A stretch of 64,000 bases of DNA. Source: an uncultured Alphaproteobacteria bacterium (GTDB lineage Bacteria > Pseudomonadota > Alphaproteobacteria > Rs-D84). The stretch covers positions 11,406 to 75,405 of the forward strand of contig CALXMA010000002.1 in assembly GCA_944389345.1 (NCBI GenBank), read 5' to 3'. A program made the position numbers and the translations under genes. The notes under the pieces were generated by a model. The model had not been told where the DNA came from and searched no databases. It was given only the letters and a program-made list of their open reading frames with translations. Shown here piece after piece: positions 37,447-46,239 of this stretch; position 1 is the first letter of the stretch, and each line of letters starts with the position of its first letter.

Positions 37447-38568
37447 ATGAATACAGAAACCATTATTAGATTATTACAAAATTCCGGATTCCACATCTTG
37501 GGGGCGGATGGGGCGTACTTGTATCTGGAAGATCCGTCTTGTATCCTGCGCAGTTTTTCTGATTTTCTGGAATATGCATGGGTTGTAATTGTATGTATTA
37601 CTGGGCTGTTGCTGTTTGGATGGGCAATATCCATGATACGGGGCGCAAAAAATGATATTTTTATCAATCTGCGTAATTTACTGATTATATTCGGAACATT
37701 GGCCGCGGTCGGACCAATTGTAAATCTGATTTTTGGCGATAATTTATTTGCACGTGGTTGCCGAACCATTCGGGTATCTTTGGATGAATTAAATACAGTA
37801 TTGGACGCACGTAATTTGAAACTGGCGCAATATGATGAATTTAATTTGTATGAAAATCTGGATATCGATGATTCTGGGGCATGGCAAGAAATGCCCTATG
37901 CCGATGCGCCGTTGGCGACATCTGATGTCCCCGCGGATTTGACCGATGTGTCCGTTACCCCGGATGGCAACGGCATTGTACGTACCCCGTTGTCTGACGA
38001 CAATGTACCAACTGATATGGCCGGGGACGCGACACCGAAATTAACCGAAACAACCGAAACGGATACCCCCACCAACGTGGGTTCTCCATCGCCAATTCCC
38101 GTATCAAACGCACGTCCAACGATGGCGCGCGCGTCAAATCGCGACGTGATATACACCAACGCGGACGGTTCCGCATTTCGCAAAATCGGCGGGACACGTG
38201 CATGGCGCAATACTAACCCGGGAAATATCAGATATTCTGAATTTTCACGACGTGCCGGTGCAATCGGCCAGGCCGGCGGTTTCGCCGTATTCCCAGATGA
38301 AGAAACCGGTATGCGCGCAATTGAATCACTGTTGCGCAGTGGCAGTTATAGTCGTCTGACCGTGGCCGGCGCAATCAGTCGATATGCCCCGCCCGTCGAA
38401 AACGATACCGCCGCATATCACAGAAAAATACAAAGACTGACCGGACTGTCTATTAATCGCAGAATGAGTGATTTAACCGATGCAGAACTGGCGCGGGTTG
38501 CGTCGGCAATTCGCACTATCGAAGGTTGGAAACCCGGAACCATTCGCAACGAAGGAAAAAGGAAATGA
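37447..38568 (+). CDS. Membrane protein with a C-terminal [12 protein letters not shown] domain
   Basis: It has two N-terminal TM segments (WVVIVCITGLLLFGWAI and LLIIFGTLAAVGPIVNLIF). The C-terminal domain is paralogous to that of 34913-35689. Confidence 0.5.
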   Translation: MNTETIIRLLQNSGFHILGADGAYLYLEDPSCILRSFSDFLEYAWVVIVCITGLLLFGWAISMIRGAKNDIFINLRNLLIIFGTLAAVGPIVNLIFGDNLFARGCRTIRVSLDELNTVLDARNLKLAQYDEFNLYENLDIDDSGAWQEMPYADAPLATSDVPADLTDVSVTPDGNGIVRTPLSDDNVPTDMAGDATPKLTETTETDTPTNVGSPSPIPVSNARPTMARASNRDVIYTNADGSAFRKIGGTRAWRNTNPGNIRYSEFSRRAGAIGQAGGFAVFPDEETGMRAIESLLRSGSYSRLTVAGAISRYAPPVENDTAAYHRKIQRLTGLSINRRMSDLTDAELARVASAIRTIEGWKPGTIRNEGKRK

Positions 38569-39209
38569 ACCAGCAACGCGGAAACATTTTATTCAATACT
38601 TTATTGGTCGTATTGTGCGCGGTTATCGCGGTATTGATTTACATGTTGGCCGGTGGCCCAATGCCAGGCGAAAAAAAATCTGTGGGCGTGGCGTCCCCAC
38701 AAATGGATATATCTGATTCTGGGGCCGATATTTCCACCAACGATACATACGCGGGTGAATTTTCAGATGGACTGGGGGTGCCAGATTCCGCCCAGGAATT
38801 TGCATTGGATGAATTTGGTGCGGGAATATCAGAACGCGATGTATTTAATCGCGATATTAACAACGACGGCCGAATTGACCGAATAACGCGTACACGAAAT
38901 GAAAATGGTACGGTACATTTCTTTTATGAATACGTTATCGAATTAAACACCGGGAATGGTTTTGTCGACATAACCCCGGACGGATTCAGAACCACCGAAG
39001 GCGCGGATTGCGCGTTGCAAAAACTGAAATTCATATTCCAACCGGAATTTCGCGTTATAAAAATTTCCAGAAAATGGCAGGAAACGTGGGACACACCAAC
39101 AATGGCCCAACGAACAGAATATACGTTGAACAACAACCAATTGGTTCCGGGAAACACCGTTGATATGCGCACAGTGTGCGATGTTTCCGAACTATTTTAT
39201 CAAGAATAA
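38565..39209 (+). CDS. Membrane-anchored hypothetical protein
   Basis: Its ATG overlaps the upstream stop codon (ATGA). It has the TM anchor ILFNTLLVVLCAVIAVLIYML and an FG-GAP-like NRDINNDGRIDRI motif. Confidence 0.45.
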   Translation: MNQQRGNILFNTLLVVLCAVIAVLIYMLAGGPMPGEKKSVGVASPQMDISDSGADISTNDTYAGEFSDGLGVPDSAQEFALDEFGAGISERDVFNRDINNDGRIDRITRTRNENGTVHFFYEYVIELNTGNGFVDITPDGFRTTEGADCALQKLKFIFQPEFRVIKISRKWQETWDTPTMAQRTEYTLNNNQLVPGNTVDMRTVCDVSELFYQE

Positions 39210-39887
39210 ATTTCGCGCAGAATACACAACGCCACCTGATACAACAAAGTGATCGTACACGTGTATTCCCAATGGCGACAACATATCAGATACTTTATCC
39301 GTTAATTCTATGTCCGCCGTAGAAAATGACGTATTCGGTCGCGGATGATTATGCATCATCACGATTGAATGCGCATTCAATTCCAATGCACGACGCAATA
39401 TTTCACGCGGATATGCCGCCGCCCAATCTGATGTACCCATACTGTGCAAATCATCCGCCAACAGACGCATTTCATCGTCCAAGTACAAAATATGTATTTC
39501 TTCTTGGGTTTTACCAGACAATTGCAACAGGCAATAATTTCGCAATATTTTTTCATTATGAAATACAGGACGCGAATCCAAATCCGCACGATACCCCAGT
39601 ATCATAATCTGGTGAATTGATTTAATAAAAATTGCAACGTTTTTGCCAACACCATCGTACGCCATTAAATCACCAATTGGTGCCGTTAATACCGGATACA
39701 CACCACCAAATCGTGCAATCAATCCACGCGCCAATGGCCGAACATCACGACGAGGTATGACATACGTCAACAATAATTCCAGCAATTCATAATCCGCCAA
39801 TTTACCGTCCAGAAATTTCTGGCGCAGGCGTTCGCGATGTCCAACGTGAAAAGATAAATCGGTATCTTGTTTTTTCACGGCCGTCAT
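39192..39887 (-). CDS. radC: RadC-family (JAB/MPN) protein
   Basis: Motifs seen are GHRERLRQKF...ELLELLL and the JAB motif HNHPRPNTSFSTADIELT. Confidence 0.85.
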   Translation of the reverse strand: MTAVKKQDTDLSFHVGHRERLRQKFLDGKLADYELLELLLTYVIPRRDVRPLARGLIARFGGVYPVLTAPIGDLMAYDGVGKNVAIFIKSIHQIMILGYRADLDSRPVFHNEKILRNYCLLQLSGKTQEEIHILYLDDEMRLLADDLHSMGTSDWAAAYPREILRRALELNAHSIVMMHNHPRPNTSFSTADIELTDKVSDMLSPLGIHVYDHFVVSGGVVYSARNLFLIK

Positions 39888-39899
39888 AGCAATTATCGT

Positions 39900-40661
39900 T
39901 TAATTCATTTTTTCGGTAAATATTATAACACCGTCTTCGGTAATTCCCAATGTGTGTTCCCACTGGGCAGACCATCCACCATCAACCGTACGCGCGGTCC
40001 ATCCATCTGCATCTATCTTGCATTCTGGGCGTCCCATATTTATCATCGGTTCAATCGTGAAAACCAACCCCGGCACCATCTTGATTTTATCATAGTGTTT
40101 GTCATAAAAATGCAAAATTTGCGGATCGTCATGCATAACCTTGCCTATGCCGTGGCCGACAAAATCGCGCGAAATAGAAAAACCATGTGGCGCGACAACT
40201 GATTCTATGGTTCTGCCAATTTCGGACAACGGCACCCCAGGCGCACAAACGGCAATCGCACTGTTCAATGCATCTTGGCACGTTTGCACCAATTCACGCG
40301 CACGTGGGGAAACATTGCCAATCATAAACATACGTGATGCGTCGCCGTGAAAACCCTTGTATTCTGCGGTCAGGTCAACATTCACTATATCGCCATCTTG
40401 TAATATAACATCATCACTGGGGATGCCGTGGACAATAACATCGTTTACCGATGTGCATATACTTTTAGGATAACCCTGGTACCCCAGGTCCGACGAACGG
40501 GCACCATTTTCACGCAGAAATTCCGCAACCATACGATCTATTTCGCCCGTTGATATACCGGCACGAATATGCGGGGTTATATAATCAAAACAGCGGGCAA
40601 CCAAATCGCCCACAACACGCAAACGCTTGAAATCTTTGGGTGCATACACAGATGATAACAT
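39900..40661 (-). CDS. map: Type I methionine aminopeptidase
   Basis: Motifs seen are NDVIVHGIP, GDIVNVDL, GFHGD, FVGHGIG, FTIEP and QWEHT. Confidence 0.95.
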   Translation of the reverse strand: MLSSVYAPKDFKRLRVVGDLVARCFDYITPHIRAGISTGEIDRMVAEFLRENGARSSDLGYQGYPKSICTSVNDVIVHGIPSDDVILQDGDIVNVDLTAEYKGFHGDASRMFMIGNVSPRARELVQTCQDALNSAIAVCAPGVPLSEIGRTIESVVAPHGFSISRDFVGHGIGKVMHDDPQILHFYDKHYDKIKMVPGLVFTIEPMINMGRPECKIDADGWTARTVDGGWSAQWEHTLGITEDGVIIFTEKMN

Positions 40662-40663
40662 TT

Positions 40664-41653
40664 TTATTTCCTTCGTTTTGTGGCCATTTTGGCGGCACGC
40701 ATTGCCAATTTTAATGAAAAGTCGCGTAATAATACCTCGTCCGGCATACCCTTGGTTCTGATCTGGCGTTCCAGTTCATTCAGACGTTCCAATACCGCAA
40801 CAATGTCGGATTCAGACCATATCCGCACCGCCAGGTTGAATTTATCTTGGACCTTCCAAAACAGGCGCGGTAATTGTCCCTGGACCACGGCGGTCAACAA
40901 CCGCTTGAAATGCGTGTCCAGCATACGAACCAATACGTTCGGCAACACGCCGTTATACAATAATCTGTCCAGTGCGGTCATCGTCTGTTGTACATGGCCG
41001 GCCGTCAAAGAATACAAAAAATCGTCCGTGTTGGCCGCCCCCGTATCGGGCAAGCATTTTTCAACGTCGTCCAATTCAACCGTCTTTTTATCATCAACAT
41101 ACAGCGCGATTTTCGCCAAAAAACCACGCGTTATTCCACGGTCACCCCCCAAATGCGCCGTCATATACGCCATTGCATCTGGGGTTATTTGCTGAATCCC
41201 CGCGTCCGCCGACAATTCACGACGTATCAATGCCGCCAACGCACGTGCATCGTCCGTATAACATGCCAATGTCGCAATGTTGTCAGACGTTTCAAATAAC
41301 CCGCGCAAATCACCACCCGCACGTAAATCGCCCGCCGTAATTATAACCGTTGCGCACAACCCAGAATGACATACCAGATCAGAAATATATTTTGCATCGC
41401 CGTCCGACGCATTAGAAATTATAACCATCTTGCGACCGCCGAACATCGACGGACTGCACGCCTCGGCAAACAGGGCATTTTGCTTTTCCCGCAAATCGTC
41501 CGCGTCCAATGTGAACAAGTTATCTTTTTCAATGCCTAATTTTTCCACCGCACGATCGCGATACTCATCAACCTGGCCCGCATCAGGACCGTAAATCAAT
41601 AACGCACGAACCGTGTCTATGCCGGTGTTAAAATCAGAATCTTTCCATTTCAT
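40664..41653 (-). CDS. holA: DNA polymerase III subunit delta
   Basis: The call rests on size, the ALLIYGPDAG N-terminus and the conserved position downstream of lptE (1-nt TAATG overlap). Confidence 0.8.
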   Translation of the reverse strand: MKWKDSDFNTGIDTVRALLIYGPDAGQVDEYRDRAVEKLGIEKDNLFTLDADDLREKQNALFAEACSPSMFGGRKMVIISNASDGDAKYISDLVCHSGLCATVIITAGDLRAGGDLRGLFETSDNIATLACYTDDARALAALIRRELSADAGIQQITPDAMAYMTAHLGGDRGITRGFLAKIALYVDDKKTVELDDVEKCLPDTGAANTDDFLYSLTAGHVQQTMTALDRLLYNGVLPNVLVRMLDTHFKRLLTAVVQGQLPRLFWKVQDKFNLAVRIWSESDIVAVLERLNELERQIRTKGMPDEVLLRDFSLKLAMRAAKMATKRRK

Positions 41654-42147
41654 TATTTTTTGGCCGTATCAGATATGTTGTTTTCATAACTGTATGTTTC
41701 TGTGATTACACGCGCACCAATTTTATCAGACAATACCTGAATCGTGTTTTGAACCGCGTTATTATATGACGCATTCGACGCAACCAGATAACGCACAAAC
41801 GAATATGATTCTGATGCGGTTTCTGTGCCACGCGCAATCGTTTTACCGTCCGCTGTTAACGTATAACTGGCCGTCAGCATAATCTGTTGCCATGACGCGT
41901 CGCCGGTTGTTTCCAGTGCCTTGTACTGGGTAACCGGTTCACGCAGATTTACCGTCAGTGTATATCGTGCCGTCGCATCGCGAACCCCGCCAAACTTTGC
42001 GTTCAGGCTGTTGCGTAAATCGATACCGTTAATGCCACTGATGGGGGCAACATATATGTCTGTATCCGTGTCAGTATACATCGGGCGAAAACCGCAACCA
42101 CACAATAATCCGGCACCAAGCAAAACAATTATTTTTTTATTAAACAA
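41653..42147 (-). CDS. lptE: LPS-assembly lipoprotein LptE
   Basis: The lipobox is LLCGCGFRPMY. A TTG at 42147 with an AGGAAA SD is preferred over the track TTG at 42204. The lptE-holA synteny is conserved. Confidence 0.6.
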   Translation of the reverse strand: MFNKKIIVLLGAGLLCGCGFRPMYTDTDTDIYVAPISGINGIDLRNSLNAKFGGVRDATARYTLTVNLREPVTQYKALETTGDASWQQIMLTASYTLTADGKTIARGTETASESYSFVRYLVASNASYNNAVQNTIQVLSDKIGARVITETYSYENNISDTAKK

Positions 42148-42213
42148 ATCTGATTTCCTATTGCTTTTTATCCTTATATTACCTAGACTTTTAATAAATC
42201 GCAAGGGGGAAAG

Positions 42214-43464
42214 ATGAATATTTTTATGATGATATTAGTGGCGGTTTTTATGGTGGGATTCTATATGATCAGCAGTCCCAGCCAACGCGTCCCCGAACAA
42301 GAAACAGAATACGCAATCAATAAATCTGATATGCGCGCCGTTGCAGAATGCGCGTCGGCACAACATAATGCACAAATACGTGGTACAACATTCCAAGATG
42401 TGTGTATTGAACAAAACTATGTGCGCAGTCAATTTATATGCCTGGGGTCCGGTATGCGCGTTACCAGTTGCGAAATTCTGCGTAACAAACGGCCGGAATA
42501 CAGTTATATTGTCACGGCCACGGGAATTCTGCCCGATGGCAGTTATAATGATATGTTAAGTATTCTGGAAGAATATTTCCCAGATGCGGGCGCATTTGGT
42601 GTGTTTATGGACGGGAAAATTATGACCGGCGGAACGGCCGGGGCACGCATCGTCCCAGATGCCATAATCGATGAAATGGAATTGGAAAACGGGCAATTGG
42701 TATATTTAACCCAATACGAAATTCCAACCGAAGATACGGTGTTTTCTGTGCCCGTTGACACGGATATAGTGTGTCCGGTGGGCACGGTAAAAACATACAA
42801 ATTCGGACGCTGGCAATGCGTTGGATACAATACAAAAATAGACTGTGGCGGGGACACGATTTGGGATTCGGAATTAATGACCTGTGTCGCAGATGAATCA
42901 AAAAAACCACTGTGTGCGGAACAACAAACCGCCGTATTGGTGGACAGTGTGTGGGAATGCGTAAACCCATTCCCTGAAAAGGTTTGCCCCAGCGGGTGGA
43001 TTGCACGGCTGAATTATAGTACGCTGGAATGGGAATGTGTCGCAGACCCCAGTCAAACACCTGATGTAAAAAAATGCGACACGGTCAGTCATGGGGTAAT
43101 ATTTGGGCCCGTTGGTACAACCCCGCGCGTGCCGTCTACGTCATGCACCGATTGCGAAGTTATGATTACAAACCCCGATACGTGTGTGTCCACGTGCGTG
43201 CCAGACCCGTCCAAGGTTAATAACCCGGCATGTTTTCCGGGCGACGCCGACGAATGCACCGGGCCACACAAGGGTATATATTTCGGTTTTCCAAACCGGG
43301 CATACGCAACCAGCATTGACGAAATCCGTGGATATACAATACCGCTGGACGCACAACATTCACAAAACAGAATGTTTAACTGTTTGGATTGCGGAAACGC
43401 AGAAATAGATTCCGGCCGTTCTGTGCCACCATATATTTCTGTATGCAAAGCATCGGCACAATAA
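42214..43464 (+). CDS. Membrane-anchored Cys-rich protein with repeated W(Q/E)CV modules
   Basis: It has the N-terminal TM anchor IFMMILVAVFMVGFYMI and about 30 Cys residues. The repeats are GRWQCVGYN, SVWECVNPF and TLEWECVADP. The SD is AGGGGGAAAG. Confidence 0.45.
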   Translation: MNIFMMILVAVFMVGFYMISSPSQRVPEQETEYAINKSDMRAVAECASAQHNAQIRGTTFQDVCIEQNYVRSQFICLGSGMRVTSCEILRNKRPEYSYIVTATGILPDGSYNDMLSILEEYFPDAGAFGVFMDGKIMTGGTAGARIVPDAIIDEMELENGQLVYLTQYEIPTEDTVFSVPVDTDIVCPVGTVKTYKFGRWQCVGYNTKIDCGGDTIWDSELMTCVADESKKPLCAEQQTAVLVDSVWECVNPFPEKVCPSGWIARLNYSTLEWECVADPSQTPDVKKCDTVSHGVIFGPVGTTPRVPSTSCTDCEVMITNPDTCVSTCVPDPSKVNNPACFPGDADECTGPHKGIYFGFPNRAYATSIDEIRGYTIPLDAQHSQNRMFNCLDCGNAEIDSGRSVPPYISVCKASAQ

Positions 43465-43471
43465 TCGCGCA

Positions 43472-44026
43472 TTAACGTGCGCGGTACATCGACATCTGGC
43501 GCGCCAATTCGTCCATACGCTGGATAATAGAATTATATTCTTGGGTGTACAGGTTCAAATCATTACGCGCGTCGTCGCATGTTGCGGTGGAACGTGCACT
43601 GGCATCCATATTAACCTGGCATGCGAACATTAAATCAGATAATTTATCCGCACGCGCGTCCAGTTCTTCATATTCCGCGCGCAAATCGGCCAATTGGCGC
43701 GCGTTTAATACCGTGTTGTACGTTTTATAAAATTGAACCACGTGTGTTAATTCTTGGTGTGCCATGTCCGCACGGCGGGCCGCAGAACGCAAATTGGCAA
43801 TTTTCATGTTGCATTCTTCGATTTCTGATTCAGCCTCGATCGTGTCGGCGCGGTCATAACGATTGTTTGCAATAAATGATTGCAAATCATAAATCTGGGA
43901 TTGCAGACGCACAATTTCAGCATCCGCGCCCGAATATTTGCGCAGATCATATTCTATTGATGGGATACGTCTGTCCACCAGTGAACGCAGTATCTGGAAT
44001 AACGCAGGATTTGCACGTCGTTTCAT
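43472..44026 (-). CDS. Coiled-coil hypothetical protein (184 aa)
   Basis: This is a heptad-rich ORF and I recognise no family. Confidence 0.4.
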   Translation of the reverse strand: MKRRANPALFQILRSLVDRRIPSIEYDLRKYSGADAEIVRLQSQIYDLQSFIANNRYDRADTIEAESEIEECNMKIANLRSAARRADMAHQELTHVVQFYKTYNTVLNARQLADLRAEYEELDARADKLSDLMFACQVNMDASARSTATCDDARNDLNLYTQEYNSIIQRMDELARQMSMYRAR

Positions 44027-44180
44027 AATAACCCCCTGTTTGATACTAAATATAATACATAAATTATTTTTGTCAATATCTTTGTATCGCCTGCCCTGTT
44101 TTATTTGTGTGGGGAATTATTAAACAGCGCCCCGAATGAACCGGGGCGCTGGGTATGTTATGCATATCAACAGACGGGTG

Positions 44181-45773
44181 TCAACGTTCCATTATGGTAT
44201 ATTCACCACGGTCCAGTTTTTCACGAACCGCGAAATGTTTAACCTTGCGCGCAGACGTCTGGGGCAATTCGTCTGTTGTTATCGCAAAATGGCGCACCCA
44301 TTTATATGGCGCGATTTTCAAATTCGACGCCTTTAATAACGTTGCGACCTTGGTAATAGGCGTACCGGGCGCGACCTGGAATACCGCAAACGGAACCGTT
44401 TTGCCGTCTATGACATATTCGAATACCGCCGCAGACAATATTTCCGGGTTTTGCAGGTATAAATCTTCCAGTTCGTCTGGGTATACATTTTTACCACTGT
44501 CCAGAACGATAACCTGTTTTTTGCGCCCTTTGACAATCAGACGGCCATATTTATCCAATTTGCCCAAATCACCCGTTTTGAACCAACCATTTTCAAATGC
44601 CGCCGAATTTGCGTCTTGGTTATCCACGTATCCCGGCATAACCAGATTTCCACGAACCCAAATTTCGCCAACACCGTGTTTGTCTGGGTTGTGAATTTCA
44701 ATCTCGTTCCCGGGCAACGGACCCGCATAATGCATCGACCCGTCGGGTTTTCTGAATGCAAAATTAAAATTCGCGGGCCCCGTTGTTTCTGTCAATCCAT
44801 AGCAATCACCAACAACAAAACCCATGCGTTCATAGAATTTACGTATTGATGGCTTTAACGTGGCGCCGGCCGATACCAACACGCGCGTATTACCACCAAA
44901 CAGGTCATGCACCGGTTGGGTCACGCGACGCACCAATCCGCCCAGACCAATCGCACGCAACACGTGGCGCATAGACAGCACAACGCGCATCAATGTATAA
45001 ACGTGTTTTTCTTTGGCGGTATCGATAATGCGTTTATAAAACGTTTCCCAAATACGCGGAACCGCGGGGATAACCTCTGGCTTGTACTGCTTAAAATCCG
45101 CCAAGAATTCACGCGGATTCAATACCGGTTGCAACAATAATTTTCCACGCAGTACCAGTGGCGCAACTATATTAATAACAACACCATATATATGGTACAG
45201 TGGTAAAAATCCATAAAACGTATACCCCGGATGAATCACAGGTTCGTAAAACAACGCCCCAGCCCCCAGGGACAAAATATTATCGTGGGTCAGTCCAACA
45301 ACCTTTGGATTGCCGGTTGAACCCGATGTAAACGACAACATCGCAATATCATTACGCGTCGCCGGCGCAGGTTTGAATTCACGGGCATCTGTGTCGTCCA
45401 GGTTTTCTATGTCGAACATTTTTACCCCGCGACACCGATTAATGAAATATTCACGCTGGGCCAGGACCAATTTGCAACCCGTACGACGTATCATGTTCAC
45501 ATGTTCCGCCGTTGACAATCCCGTATCCAACATCAAAACACGCGCGCCCTGGGACGTGATAGCAAAATAAGAACGAATAAAATCTGGGGTATTGCCAGAC
45601 AAAATCGCAACCGTATCACCACGTTTAACCCCGAACTTTTTTGCCAACAGTACCGCACGCTGTTTCACGCGTCTTAATAAATCGGCATATGTTTCGTTTT
45701 GCCGAACAAAGAAAATCCTGTCCTTGTTCTGGGTGCAAACCTGGTGCAACATGCCATAGATATTCTTTATCAT
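44181..45773 (-). CDS. AMP-dependent acyl-CoA synthetase (long-chain fatty acid-CoA ligase-like)
   Basis: AMP-binding motifs seen are SFTSGSTGNPKVV, YGLTET, FKTGDLG and GRKKQVI. Confidence 0.85.
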   Translation of the reverse strand: MIKNIYGMLHQVCTQNKDRIFFVRQNETYADLLRRVKQRAVLLAKKFGVKRGDTVAILSGNTPDFIRSYFAITSQGARVLMLDTGLSTAEHVNMIRRTGCKLVLAQREYFINRCRGVKMFDIENLDDTDAREFKPAPATRNDIAMLSFTSGSTGNPKVVGLTHDNILSLGAGALFYEPVIHPGYTFYGFLPLYHIYGVVINIVAPLVLRGKLLLQPVLNPREFLADFKQYKPEVIPAVPRIWETFYKRIIDTAKEKHVYTLMRVVLSMRHVLRAIGLGGLVRRVTQPVHDLFGGNTRVLVSAGATLKPSIRKFYERMGFVVGDCYGLTETTGPANFNFAFRKPDGSMHYAGPLPGNEIEIHNPDKHGVGEIWVRGNLVMPGYVDNQDANSAAFENGWFKTGDLGKLDKYGRLIVKGRKKQVIVLDSGKNVYPDELEDLYLQNPEILSAAVFEYVIDGKTVPFAVFQVAPGTPITKVATLLKASNLKIAPYKWVRHFAITTDELPQTSARKVKHFAVREKLDRGEYTIMER

Positions 45774-46166
45774 TAATTATCTCTTTATTTTCTGGTTTGT
45801 TATACTGCATATACGCATAACGCATATATACAGACTATACACGTTATCGCGTGGGAATAACAACCTATTTTATGATTCGAATCATAATTTTGTCGGTTTG
45901 ATATCCATACGCAAAAAAGTGCCACTTAGGCACATTTTGTCAAAATATAGATATTGATTCGCAAAAAAACGTCTATATTTTGTATTTTTTATCAAAAACC
46001 GAATCATTTCCCATGAATAAAATTTCATTTTATTGACACAAAATAACGTTTGGTATGCGATTTGAATGAATCGCATATACACCAACATCGCAGAAAACCC
46101 CCTTTTCTAAAAGTAAAGCGAAAAATGAAAAAAATTTTATTTTTTATTTATTGCGACCTATATCGT

Positions 46167-46180
46167 AATACTATATATTG
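46167..46180 (+). promoter_or_regulatory. NrdR box 1
   Basis: The core of AATACTATATATTG is CTATATATTG, which fits the published NrdR consensus CwAtATaTwG. Confidence 0.55.
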
Positions 46181-46199
46181 TTATCAAATAGGGAAAAAC

Positions 46200-46213
46200 A
46201 ATACTATATATTG
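46200..46213 (+). promoter_or_regulatory. NrdR box 2
   Basis: An identical 14-mer lies 33 bp downstream of box 1 and 27 nt upstream of the nrdD ATG. Confidence 0.55.
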
Positions 46214-46239
46214 AATTTTTAAGTAATCGGAGTGTTAAA

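Noticed and set aside
45943-45990. Additional NrdR-like AT-rich half-sites (ATATAGATATTG and CTATATTTTG) farther upstream of nrdD.
   Set aside because: They are imperfect matches in a generally AT-rich intergenic region and cannot be told apart from background by eye.
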